A DNA stretch of 58,585 nt, filler included, from Squatina squatina (Eukaryota): NCBI GenBank assembly GCA_031763465.1. It is 4 parts of 4 records of this genome, joined end to end, with 100 filler letters (N's around TTAATTAATTAA, not from the genome) between each part and the next. Parts side by side here need not be neighbours in the genome. Positions count along the whole stretch, not along the records: positions 13,303 to 27,169 come from JARFOE010000058.1; positions 27,270 to 45,590 come from JARFOE010000046.1; 2 more parts are not named here. One strand, 5' to 3'. Made by a program: the position numbers and the translations under genes. Below the pieces are notes generated by a model. That model made no database searches. It was not told the origin of the DNA and saw nothing but the letters and a program-made list of their open reading frames with translations. The first letter of the stretch is position 1. Every line of letters starts with the position of its first letter. Of this stretch, positions 26,741-38,740 are shown piece by piece.

Positions 26741-27169
26741 GTAAGAGGCTAAATTGTGAGGAAACAAGAATGTCCAAACTGTTAAGCTAGTTTAGCTGAG
26801 TCTGTTAAATGTACAGTGTTCTATCATGTATCAAAATGGATTCACAATTTATCCTGTGATTGAGAAAGACACCCAAATGATCCTGGTGTTCTTCGGTTAA
26901 GAAAATCCTCCTCGTGAGAAAACCTCCCTGTACCTCATTGCCAGAACCACTGTTTTGCAGTAACTGAATAAGACAGATTCTGTTTTTATTAAACAGAATT
27001 TACTACTGTTCTGGCAATCACGTTCTGAAAGTCCATCTTTTTTTTTCCAATTCATTCATGGGATGTGGGCTGTGCTAGCAAGGCCAGCATTTATTGCCCA
27101 TCCCTAATTGCCCTTGAGAAGGTGGTGGTGTGCTGTCCTCTTGAACTGCTGCGGTCCGTGTGGTGAAGG

Positions 27170-27269
27170 NNNNNNNNNNNNNNNNNNNNNNNNNNNNNNN
27201 NNNNNNNNNNNNNTTAATTAATTAANNNNNNNNNNNNNNNNNNNNNNNNNNNNNNNNNNNNNNNNNNNN
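27170..27269. other. Artificial scaffold linker
   Basis: TTAATTAATTAA at 27214-27225 with 44 N on each side. Confidence 0.97.
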
Positions 27270-29243
27270 TAAAGAGGGACAGAAAGGTTGGATTAGAAAA
27301 GGGAGACAGAAATAAAAAGTAAAAAAAGAACAGTGGTGCTTCTCAAGGGCAATTAGGGATGGGCAATCAATACTGGCCTTGCCAGCGATGCCCACATGCC
27401 GCGAACGAATAAAAAACAATGTTGTTGAGTTTTCATACTGATATGAAGAGAAGGCAAGAATCTGAATTTGAAACAGAGCCCACGCTGGATTAACGTAGTG
27501 TAAAGGTCGAACTTTTGAAGTCATTATTAGAAATCTCTAAGAATTCTCACTTTAAAAGTAAGAAGCCTTTTGTTGGTAATCCCACGAGGCGAAATTAGTT
27601 ATCTGGGCAAATTTCACAGACCTTCAATTAACACAAGAGAACCTTAGCTGAGTGGATTGTGAACACAAGTACAGGCTTCAGTGCTTTTGAAATAAACTGC
27701 ACTGCATTTTCCATAACTCAAACATTGTGGCACTGCACTTATTGGAAAGGTCAGGTCTCTTTCCACTCATGTTCTTCATCGGCATCGTGATTCAGTTAAA
27801 CAGAGTGACAGAACCTTTTACTGGTGGAAGCCAGGCAATGGGAATGATGTAAAATATAAAAGTATGTTCATACTGAGGATGTGACTTGTTGGCACCAGGG
27901 TCTTTCAGCTGGGAACCAAACAGCTAATTCAATAAACAGTACCAGAAACAGTGTCGCTGTCCCCGTGTTTTATGTGGTCAATCCTGTCAATGTTCAAACA
28001 AAAGGTCAGGGAGTCAAACTTGTTGACCGCGTCAAGCATAAGCTACGACTCTTTCACTTAAAACCTAATTACATATCTTGGAAGTCGCATTTCAGGTCAT
28101 CTGAGACAAACATCTCTTAACAGTATATACACCAATGAAATGAGATCTGTAAACATTGCAATTACAGATAAAAGTAAAACAGTATTTTCACAAAGATTGC
28201 TGGAATGCCTCTGTGGTGAAAAAAAATTGCAAATAGATGTCTGAAATTTCCTGTGGTGGCACAATCAGCAAATTACGATGAAATTTTTGCCGTTGCCACG
28301 GCCATTTTACACTAAAATTTCCTGTGCACAGGATGCAAGAAGCAGCGTAAAAGGCCAGCATGGCTTGTCCTATTTAAAAAAAAAAGTGGGGAAAAATACA
28401 ATTCTTCAGTGAGACTGGGGAGTTCAAGTGGCAGATAGCTCTCTGTCTCAAATTTCTGAGTCCAGAGAGTTCCTGTTGTCTTANNNNNNNNNNNNNNNNN
28501 NNNNNNNNNNNNNNNNNNNNNNNNNNNNNNNNNNNNNNNNNNNNNNNNNNNNNNNNNNNNNNNNNNNNNNNNNNNNNNNNNNNGCGTATTATAAACCAAT
28601 GTAATGCTGCAATTACATGATTTACGTAACATGCTGGATATTCTTATCAGAATAGGTATTTTGTCAGGCAGTGGAAGTATTCAGGTAGTAAATCAATGAT
28701 AAATCCAGCAATTTACCTTCATTGTGAGTTATGATCCAAAGCTATTTTCCATTATCTACAAAGTGAGCAGTAAATTGCAGATTCTAACAGTACCCAATTT
28801 GAAAAGCTAAAGGATTCAAAATTTCACTCAGAAAAGTGATAATTGAGTTTAATTGTTTTGCACTGACTTTCCATTGAACTCATAGGAACAAGTGCTTTTA
28901 ATTCGCAATGATGTGGCATGGATAGCAAACAAACCAATCGGAATACGCTGATGATAGTGCTACTGAAAAACCTTTTAACAAGCCTCTTAAGATATTGGAA
29001 GTCACGCATTTAGTGGCAATCTAGCTGTGCGACAGGAAATTTGTGATTGATGGAGCAGACAAGATGTAATTCAGAAAGAAAACTGTAATTCAGTNNNNNN
29101 NNNNNNNNNNNNNNNNNNNNNNNNNNNNNNNNNNNNNNNNNNNNNNNNNNNNNNNNNNNNNNNNNNNNNNNNNNNNNNNNNNNNNNNNNNNNNNCATGAA
29201 GGAAAGCTGTAACAGGTATGGGAAAATTTAACAAGATTATAAT

Positions 29244-29429
29244 GGGGGTGAAATTGGACATGGTGCAGGACGTAAAACAGGTGATAATGCATCAGTCTTT
29301 TGTCATATGCATCGCCTGATATTCATGTTCCACTGACTTCAATACAACTGAATATGGAGCGTGTCCCATAACAATCAGCAAATGTGATTCCGCCTGTTTT
29401 CCATGCCCAAACATTTCTAATTTCATCCC
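29244..29429. mobile_element. Complete ~185-bp MITE
   Basis: TIRs ggggtgaaattgg ... ctaatttcatccc with subterminal aaaacagg/cctgtttt inverted repeats. Confidence 0.7.
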
Positions 29430-30661
29430 ACAACATGCAAGATATAATAAGTGAAAATAGAAAACTCCCGCACTAATCCCTCTGCTTCCTGCTACTCAGA
29501 ACATTTCCCAATTGTTGCCCTCACTTACAGCAGGTCCAAACATCCATAAAGCACTTACTTTTGATGTGAATCCCCTCCCTCAGAAGGCTGCCCTGATTTT
29601 TCACTCGAAACCTTCAGCAAGACCGCAACAACTGTGGTATTATCCCCCCATATAATTGAGGCGTAGGAATGCTCAACACACAGATAATTAATCTGTTTCT
29701 GCTTTCTCCCATCATTTCGCCCAAAACATTATGCATGCATCCTGTTTGCTGCAACGTTTCAGGGACAGAGGAATGCCGACCACTCAGGATTTTCGTTCGT
29801 GCATCTCTTCCCACCCACTGACATACTTGACTTTTTACCATTATGAGTCATCACACATTCTCAGGAGTTGGAATCCGAATGCTTGGAGGCATTTATAAAA
29901 ATATCCTGACCAGCATGGAGGAACTGAAAATTTATGGTAAACCAGTAATCACATTTATAGAGGCATGATCATAAATCATACAGAAAGCATTATATAACAC
30001 AATGTTTGCATAATTTATTCAAAAAGCTCAGTAAGTTATAGCTCTTCATCATCATTGTGGCGTATAGGTTATTGATTTTACTATTATTCACTGCATACAC
30101 CAAGTCATCACAGATAAGGGCCAATGTTGCAATGTCAAAGCACTCCGTAATTCATCTTCAGGCCAGCTGTTCCTTTGCACTTCAGATACAAGCTGCCTCT
30201 TTCTTTGTTTATTTTCTGAACACCCAACATTGTATCAGAACAAAGATGCTGTAAGTGAGTATTTGCGATGAACTCAATGAAAGCAAGCACTGGAGGCACA
30301 GAACTACATTGGATGTTTAATGGAGGATGGTGACGAGCACTATATAATATGGTAATGTTTTTATTTCTTTTCTGTTAGCACAATATAAAATGTGCATCAT
30401 TAAGACTGAAATCTGTTTGAAAATGTGTTGCATGATGTATCTATATAGTACACCAAAAATGCATTATGCAGCATTGTTGGAAACATGCCATATCTGAGAG
30501 CAGTGTCATCCACTGATGGATATTACATGCATCAGTAGATTGCACGCTCTTACAGATGAGCNNNNNNNNNNNNNNNNNNNNNNNNNNNNNNNNNNNNNNN
30601 NNNNNNNNNNNNNNNNNNNNNNNNNNNNNNNNNNNNNNNNNNNNNNNNNNNNNNNNNNNNN

Positions 30662-30842
30662 CCTCTCTCTCCTCCTGTAAGACATTCCTTAAAACCTACC
30701 TCTTTCACCAAGCTTTTGGTTATATGTCCTAATTTTTCCTTATGTGGCTCAGTGTCAAATCTTTTGACTCATCGCGCTCCTGTGAAGCACCTTGGGATGC
30801 TTTACTACCTTAAAGGTGCTCTATAAATACAAGTTGTTGTTG
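30662..30842 (+). mobile_element. L2 LINE 3' tail
   Basis: ccttaaaacctacctctttcaccaagcttttggt...ctcctgtgaagcaccttgggatg...aaaggtgctctataaatacaagttgttgttg. Confidence 0.75.
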
Positions 30843-31526
30843 TATAGGATATCAAGCAAGCTCCTTTTATGAAAGCAAGTGAAGCAAAGAGAACAACTGG
30901 TGGCCTCTCTGCTTGCTTACAACTAAAAGTGGTCGCGTCGACTTGTACTAACATGTGATTCTTTGCACTGGAACACTGTAATAGTGATATAATTTATGAT
31001 ATTAATAAAGTTTAATAGAAGTTTAAGGTTGATTGAGTTGAAATGCTTTTTGCCTGGTCAGGCTTGGTTATGAGCAGAGCTCTACTGTACTTATATGTTG
31101 TTTGGACTGCTTTTGACAAATTTAGTTTCCAGTAAAATTAATGTGTTTTTCAAGCATTTACTGACTTACACCTTGGGAAGTAGTCATGTTTGAAGAATAA
31201 TTAGAAAACAAATTTGAAGTTAATGAGGCTGCACATTGTGAGCTGCAGCTTCATTAAAGTAACTCCCAAGCTAACTGCCTACTACTTAAATTCTAATAAC
31301 TAATGCGTCCCTTATTAAAAACTAGCGTGGAAGGCTTTGGAAAACTCAATCAACAGTGGAAGCTGATGTTTACCTGCTCAGCGTATGCGAGTTATTCTGG
31401 TGATTGATGTCACGACGTGGAGAGACNNNNNNNNNNNNNNNNNNNNNNNNNNNNNNNNNNNNNNNNNNNNNNNNNNNNNNNNNNNNNNNNNNNNNNNNNN
31501 NNNNNNNNNNNNNNNNNNNNNNNNNN

Positions 31527-31844
31527 TAATGTACCATTAATTTTTTTGATTTAAAATTTTTTAACAACTCTTATGCTAGTAAAACCAAGCATATATGCTC
31601 AGTTTTACCATGCATAAACAACTTTAACAGATTTCCAGTGCTGGCGTTGAGAAAATCTCGCAAATCTCAGTGCAGGAAATCTGTTTTGCAGCCTAAGTGT
31701 TGGATCTATCAAGAAGAATCTTGACAGATCGCAAATGCCGGATCTGCGGGCTTGTGCATTACAGCCTGAGAACCGGCATTTGCAATGTCTCCCCAGGTGC
31801 GTGGGAACATCGTATCCACCTGGGGAGATCGGAATTCCTGCCCC
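31527..31844 (+). mobile_element. Multi-hairpin element, right half
   Basis: Shares taatgtaccattaatttttttgattt...gagaaaatctcgcaaa...tcttgacagatcgcaa with the 47.7-kb copy; ends ggaattcctgccc. Confidence 0.8.
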
Positions 31845-33070
31845 ATACTTTTACACAAGATGTCCTGAAAAAGCAGTTTATTAAAAATATCTCTAGCTTC
31901 CTAGGTAAAAACAATTGTGATCAATTTAATACATGAGTCATAACTTTCCACTGTCAAACCAATATGAAATGTGTAGACTTGCAAACTAGAGATGTATTTG
32001 CTATTTAAAGATTTTTTGCATTATGAGTATATTGGATGAACTGTAAGTTGTCATACATGGTACAATTGGTCCTATCACCAGTTGTTACTATGTGTGTTGT
32101 ATAGAACTTTATTTTTGGACATAAAGTGGTAGAAATTGGTATGTAATAAAAACAGGAAATGCTGGAAATACGCNNNNNNNNNNNNNNNNNNNNNNNNNNN
32201 NNNNNNNNNNNNNNNNNNNNNNNNNNNNNNNNNNNNNNNNNNNNNNNNNNNNNNNNNNNNNNNNNNNNNNNNNAGTGCATTTAGGTCTGAGATAGGTTCA
32301 GATACATGAAACATTATAAATGTAAGCTGCAGTAATGGGTTTCGTTCCTGGTCCACATGAATAGGCAGCACTTAGTGATGGGGAATACTATACTGTTTGC
32401 AGATTTGGCTCAGAATATTCAGTCAACCACAAATACCTGCTTGCCTGTCATTTCCAATCAGAATCAGGAGCTGATGTTCATGCATCTTTTAACAACTACA
32501 TAATCGGTTTTGTTTGCTGGCATGAGTGTATGTTTGATCTGTGTAGATCAGTTAATGATCCTGCTCCTCTGGGAGTAGCTAGAATCCTCTGATGTTTCCT
32601 TCATTCAGGTCTCTCACTCTTTGCATCGGTTGCTGGATTGAAAACTGCATGGTTTTACCTAACTTGTATATTTAATCAGAGGGTGAAAAGCATCTTGCCC
32701 TTACATTGATATATGCCCACATTTTTAAAAAAAAATTATTTTTAAGCTGGATTTTTCTTCATTAAAGTCCACGCTGTCTAATATCGTTAGGCTGTAAATC
32801 TGTGTAAATATTAAAGGAAATACTGATCAAATATGATAGTAGGGCTCCTGCTTTTGACTAATCTTCATGGGCCACCTGAAGCACGCAGCATGTGGCAATG
32901 TAACAAAGTAAAAGCTGAAGGTGTTATTTATGAAGAACATCTATGGGGATTAATGATTCCTGACTTAAAANNNNNNNNNNNNNNNNNNNNNNNNNNNNNN
33001 NNNNNNNNNNNNNNNNNNNNNNNNNNNNNNNNNNNNNNNNNNNNNNNNNNNNNNNNNNNNNNNNNNNNNN

Positions 33071-33318
33071 TTTTTAGTGATGCCGATTGGGGGATAGACA
33101 TTGGCCAGGACAAAGGGGATTAAAATAGTGCCATGCGATCTTTTATATCCACCTGAGGGAGCAGATAGGGCCTCAGTTTACCATCCCATCCAAAAGAAGT
33201 CTCCTCTGATAATGCACCACTGGAGTGTCAGCCTCGATTATTGTGCTCAAGTCTCTGGAGTGGGTCTTGAACCTACAGCCTTCTGACTCAGAGTGCTACC
33301 AGCTGAGCCATAGCTGAC
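33071..33318 (-). mobile_element. tRNA-derived SINE (SacSINE1/DeuSINE-like)
   Basis: Minus-strand head tggctcagctggtagcac (A box)...ggttcaagaccc (B box); body shared with the copy at 56960-57308. Confidence 0.8.
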
Positions 33319-33464
33319 ATATAAGTTAATGCTGCAAATCTCAGGTGTTCCTTTAATTTTCCTATATGGAATGTGCAAAGTGCATGCTTGGGCACAACTT
33401 GGGCTAATGCTAATGATGGTGATGACACTGAAAAAGTGAGCCGAGGCATGAACTGCCCTGACCA

Positions 33465-33990
33465 ACAGTACAAAACATTGGTTAGGCTACCATTAGAGTA
33501 CTATGGGCAGTTTAGGGTGCCCCATTATGGAAAGACATTGAAGATATTCAGAGCACACATTGATTCACCAAAACAATGCCTTGGATGGGAAACAATAGTT
33601 ATGAAGAGAGAGTTGAGTCACTAGGACTATTTCTATGGGAGCAGAGATGGCTAAGAGGAGATTTAATAAAGAAGGGTGTTTTAAGGGATAGACTATTTCC
33701 TCAGGTTGGTAAGTCATTGATAAAGGGGTTGTCAATTTAAAATTGTTACTTACGAGAGTGAGGAGAGATGTTCGGAGACATTTCTCTGTATAAAAGGTTG
33801 AGGGAGCACAGCAGCCTTTGTTACAGCAAGGAGTTGAAACAGAGATCATTGCAACATTTGGGAGATAATTGGATAAATATTTGAAGCTGAGGAAGATAGG
33901 TGGACAGCAGAGCAGTGGGATTAGGTTGGATTGCTCTAGCAAAGATGGGCTGAATGGCCATTTTCAGTGCTATAAATTTCTACAGTTCTT
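33465..33990 (+). mobile_element. CR1-clade LINE 3' fragment with tail
   Basis: YKTLVRLPLEYYGQF..PHY resembles CR1 LYKTLVRPHLEYCVQFW; ends with tail gatgggctgaatggcc...tttctac. Confidence 0.8.
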
Positions 33991-34044
33991 TTCTTGTCTT
34001 CTGTGATATGACACTCATTGGATTTTGCTTCTTTTTCGCCCTTG

Positions 34045-34431
34045 AATTTTCTCTCCTCCTCTCTTGAAGGCACTAATTTTATCTATGGTGCCGTTCCACG
34101 AACATTGATTACCCTTCAATACCTTGTCCAAGCAGCCATTCCTTGTAAGCCTGAGCAATGAGCATTAGCAGCTATGACAGCTGACTCCGATCTTCTCCTC
34201 ACCCAGTATTCACGCGTTTGCATTTTTAGCAGATAATGATCAGAATTGGGAACACAGTCCGATTTGTATTTTCCTCCCCCACTCTATAGCCTCTGACTCT
34301 GAGGCCAATTCTAGTGACCTTGACCAGCCACATTGAAATTAGCTAGACCAGAGATCGAGCATATAACTTTCATGGTCTGTAGGAACTCAATCCCACACTC
34401 AATAGTGCACCTACCAACTGAGCCAACAGGG
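34045..34431 (-). mobile_element. LF-SINE-like element, near full length
   Basis: Ordered similarity to the reverse complement of the recalled LF-SINE consensus (ttttctc.cctcctctc.tgaaggcact; gttccacg; gccattc; tcctcaccc; tgaggccaatt; ggtctgta; ctgagcc) and to the copy at 26259-26525. Confidence 0.7.
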
Positions 34432-35158
34432 CAGCTGACACATATTAATTTACCATCACTACTAGAGCATCAGAATTTGAAGGTTATTGGCACAGGTCCT
34501 AGCCCCTCCGGCAATGGGCACAAGACTGCACATCCTGTTCGTTGAACGAGAGAGAGATTGCTGAGGTAAGTGAGCTTTACTGAACTTGTTGAGATGTTTA
34601 ATTTCAGCCACAGCTTCCAATCATTTCAGAAATCTATCAGAAGGATGAGCTTAATGTATCGGAATCCTTAATGTATTTCNNNNNNNNNNNNNNNNNNNNN
34701 NNNNNNNNNNNNNNNNNNNNNNNNNNNNNNNNNNNNNNNNNNNNNNNNNNNNNNNNNNNNNNNNNNNNNNNNNNNNNNNTTTTTTACACCATTGCTGTAT
34801 TTGAATGGGTATACAGTGCTGGGCAAAGCTAATCGAAGCACTGGCTCAGGGGTCAGACTATTGATATTGAGGGCAGTAAAGTGGTATAAATTATAATGCA
34901 GTTCTTTTCTCACTCATTTTCTGAAAGAGTTTCATCGATCAATGGCACTCGATGTCTGCAACAACCAGTTTTATCCTGATGCCCGCAACTGCAACTATTA
35001 GTCATTGTGCTGTAAAAAAATATTGATCAAGGATCACATTGACCAATTGAATAAGGATTTGTAGAATAGTGTTGCTTCTTTAATTAGTGCGGTCACTGCA
35101 GTACAATTCAACCAAGTGCACATCCTAGTTCTTCTCGAAATTCAATTACAGAATTCAG

Positions 35159-35591
35159 GGGGGCCCAATTGATGTCTTTTGACACCCAGTTAGTGCCTAC
35201 GAGGGGCGCTAAAGGCTCACAAAAATGGCGTTGGCGGTCCGCAGGCGCAAATACATTGCTCCGCGGAATTCATCATAGCGCCTTTGCGCTAGGGCCACAA
35301 ATTCCGCCGCGGGTTGGCGCGACATCATCAGATCGTGTGCCAACTCCATATCGCTGCCACGCGACCCCTTTTTGCGTCGCTAGTGGCCTGCGGGCAGAAC
35401 TCGTCATTGGCACCGAATGGTTCAACCTGTTGTTGACCATTAAAGCGGAGATGACGTGTGCCGGCGCCCACCATGTTTTTTGGTCCCACTGGGCGACCAA
35501 TCTGTTTGCCGGCACGCGGCTTCCCTGGTGGCCCGGTGGCGGCCACCAGTGGTCTGTGGCGTCGGCCAGCGGCCCTCCTCTTTAACGTAGG
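35159..35591. mobile_element. GC/CpG-rich Harbinger-type element end; similar truncated ends at 580-768, 40170-40470, 40824-41025, 49620-49769, 54250-54510
   Basis: Abrupt CpG-rich block starting ggggggcccaatt; the other ends start or finish with related GGG(N)nAATT termini. Family assignment is inferred. Confidence 0.5.
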
Positions 35592-35691
35592 NNNNNNNNN
35601 NNNNNNNNNNNNNNNNNNNNNNNNNNNNNNNNNNNNNNNNNNNNNNNNNNNNNNNNNNNNNNNNNNNNNNNNNNNNNNNNNNNNNNNNNNN

Positions 35692-35876
35692 GAACACTCC
35701 GCCCGCGGAGGCCCTTCTCCCGGACTGTGTTGCGATCTGTTAAGAGAAATCTTGACAGATCGCAAGTTCAGGGTTGAGGCACACGCGCTTCGCGTCCCTG
35801 AACCCGGAACTTGCGTGGTCCCTACGGGCACATGCGCATCTCGCACACGCCCGCAGGGACCGGGATTTCAGGGCCC
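35692..35876 (+). mobile_element. Multi-hairpin element, right end (second subfamily)
   Basis: ttgcgatctgttaaga-gaaa-tcttgacagatcgcaa plus two more hairpins; ends gatttcagggccc. Confidence 0.8.
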
Positions 35877-35899
35877 TTATCTTTCTGCAGTGAATCAAC

Positions 35900-36500
35900 C
35901 AAAGATCGCCTGCTTCTGAGGCTCTCTGGGCACCCGCGTTTACTGGCCCACACATCCCATCCACGTATGCGTTTCGCAAACAGTTCTAGTGAGCCGGCTA
36001 ACCGAATCAAGGTAGGGGTATTCCCACTCATACTTGTGATTCGAATCACCTTAAGTACGAATGGGTACACCCCAAAGACACACAAGCACTTTAACTAAAT
36101 TTTTAAAAAGCCATCACATCTTTAAAATTAACCAAAATAGAACTTAATTTTGAAAAAATAAACTTACATGTTTCAAAGTGTCTAAAAATAAACTTAGCTT
36201 ATTGAACATGGTTGTAAATTATTTTTAAAAAATTTATTTTTGTGTGCTTTAAAAGTCTTGTGACTGAAAAAGCAGACCTTACCCCTGCTTTTTCAGTCAA
36301 ATGAATTTGAAGGGCATTTACTGGGTAGGAGTTGGACAAATAGCCTAAATCTCCGCCTGCGGAGGTCCTTCTCCCGGGGAGGGGTTGCAGGTTCCAGGTT
36401 TAGGCACATGCGCTTCGCAGCCCTCAACCTGAAACTTGCAGGACCCCTATGGGCATGTGCACACCTCGTACGCACCCATTGGGACTGAGATTTCAGGCCC
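35900..36500 (+). mobile_element. Multi-hairpin element lacking its left end (second subfamily)
   Basis: Same order of GC block, AT core and hairpins; 36350-36500 is similar to 35697-35876; ends gatttcaggccc. Confidence 0.75.
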
Positions 36501-37285
36501 ATATAGATGGAATAGTATTAGTCTCAGCATCACAACACCTGACCAGCCCAAGAAAAAGGCTAATAACAATGAATTATGATGACAATAAAATACACTGTAG
36601 TTCTGACATTATAATGGCATTTTATTTTTAATCATACTTTCCGTTATAGCAGCTCCCAAATGTTATCCCCTAAGGATTGAAATGTAATTGTTCTGATATT
36701 TAAACTGTTCTTTATACCTCATTACAGTTCATTGTTAAGGAACAGTGTAATCTGGATTAGCATCTTGCAAAACTCTTCCCAGATTTGTAAATGTGGGTGT
36801 AAGTGGTGATGTCATTGTATTACCATGCTTTCCTCTAAATCTTTTCAACTTACGTTCAATCAATAAAATGATTTTTTTTCTGGGTGTTAAACAATTCAAA
36901 AAACCTCTTCAAAGACTAGAATTAGGATGCAATATTGAGGTAAAGATAAAGGACAAATTTTGGCCCCACTATATAAGAGGTTTTAGAATTGTCAACAGTC
37001 ATAAAGTGGAAATGTTTCCACTGCTGCCATCTCAAAGCTTGACCAAGTAAAAGCTATGTAACAGAATCTCTATTCTCAGCATGTTCACTTTCACTACAAA
37101 AGACGACGGCAATGATACAAGGTCTCGCTGCTTTGGAATAAAGAATGGGTATAAACTATGTGGAAGTTTTTGCAAACATCCCACTNNNNNNNNNNNNNNN
37201 NNNNNNNNNNNNNNNNNNNNNNNNNNNNNNNNNNNNNNNNNNNNNNNNNNNNNNNNNNNNNNNNNNNNNNNNNNNNNNNNNNNNN

Positions 37286-37415
37286 GTAGTTTGCAAGGAT
37301 GGAGGGGTTAAAGGTTGTTTGTTTGAGGAGAGGGTTGATGATGGCAGAATTGAGGGAGAGGGGGACAGTACCTGAGGAGAGACAACAATTAACAATTTCA
37401 GACAACATGGGAGCC
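37286..37415 (-). mobile_element. L2 LINE ORF2 fragment
   Basis: APMLSEIVNCCLSSGTVPLSLNSAIINPLLKQTTFNPSILANY is the pre-RT segment of L2 elements that leads into YRPISNL. Confidence 0.85.
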
Positions 37416-38119
37416 ATAAAATCCAGCCTTCGATATCTTCATAATTTATGCATTATTGCAAATTAATTGTCCAAATGTATGTACAAAATGTTTTAAAAGT
37501 GTAACTGTATTATTGGCAAAGTGCTGTGAGAAACACAGCATTAAAGAGTTAATGTTGTTTACATTTGTTGCCTTACACAGTGTGCTCACAGCTATCAGTA
37601 AATAGAGTTAGAGAATGTTTAATGACAGTATTGACTATTACATTTGCACTTGCGGGACACTGCAGTGGTAATTACTGGCTAATTAAATAATGAAGCTCGA
37701 TGCATATTTCTTGCCTGTAAACAAATGTGTCATTACACAAGAAAGTGACATTATTTCTTGGTAAGCACCAAGCACTTTACAGATAACATNNNNNNNNNNN
37801 NNNNNNNNNNNNNNNNNNNNNNNNNNNNNNNNNNNNNNNNNNNNNNNNNNNNNNNNNNNNNNNNNNNNNNNNNNNNNNNNNNNNNNNNNCAGAAACTCAG
37901 GGCAACCTAATTGGCTGCCCCTGGTGTTTAGTCAGAACGGAATCTTTGGAGCCACTCTGATTGTGGGAGGTATTCATATGGAAGGTTTGTGAAAGGATAA
38001 AATGAGCTGGAATTCACGCTTCAGAAACATTTGACATTTATCAGTGAATCTTGGAGTCGATGGGAAACTAACCTCACAAGTGGTAATGGGCCTCTACAGA
38101 TTTTTTCAGCGTTTGTATA

Positions 38120-38740
38120 GCCCCAATTTTAACCCAGCTCGCCCAGTGGGAAGGATGCAAATGAGGGGGCAGGGAGGGGCGCAGTTAATATGGCGGCTGG
38201 TCAGAACCTCTCCATTCCTGCCCCTCTGCCAGCAGTGTGGAGATGACTCGCCAGTTAGACAGGGACCTCATTAAAATGTGAAAGTTGTGGCCCAGTGATG
38301 TCATTGGTGCCACAGCATATTTTTAACTTAAAGTGGCAGGAGGCCCGCATGGCGCTGAGCCCAAGAGACTGGCCAGAAGAGGCCAAGGTAAGTATATTTT
38401 TTACATTTCAGTGAGGATTCCTTGTGGGCCAGGAGGAACTGGAGTGCTCTGCAAGGATTCCTGGCCTTCCATCTCCCTCTCACTACCAGTAGCTCTCTGG
38501 AAACTGCCACCTCCAGCACTAACCTTCTGTTGGGAGGCATTCCTTCGGGTCACCGACGACGTTGGCCTCCCATCCAATTTCGCTCTTTCATCCGCCAGCC
38601 CTGATGTCGTTCCTACTGATCTTGAGTGGGAGATAGCACAGACAAATTTAAATGAGGTCTGGAAGTTAAACTGGCCCAGGCCTCACACTGAGGAGTGGCT
38701 GTTGACTCCTGTCCTGAACCCACCCCAGGTTAAAATCAAT
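38120..38740. mobile_element. ~620-bp Harbinger-type MITE
   Basis: Termini aattttaaccc ... aggttaaaatc; internal inverted pair cctcattaaaat / atttaaatgagg; GC-rich body. Confidence 0.55.

Noticed and set aside
27050-27416. Inverted LINE ends forming a large hairpin or composite element
   Set aside because: The two copies lie on opposite sides of an artificial linker, on different scaffolds.
33255-33318. tRNA gene (A and B boxes)
   Set aside because: Continuous with a SINE body and no complete cloverleaf; it is a SINE head.
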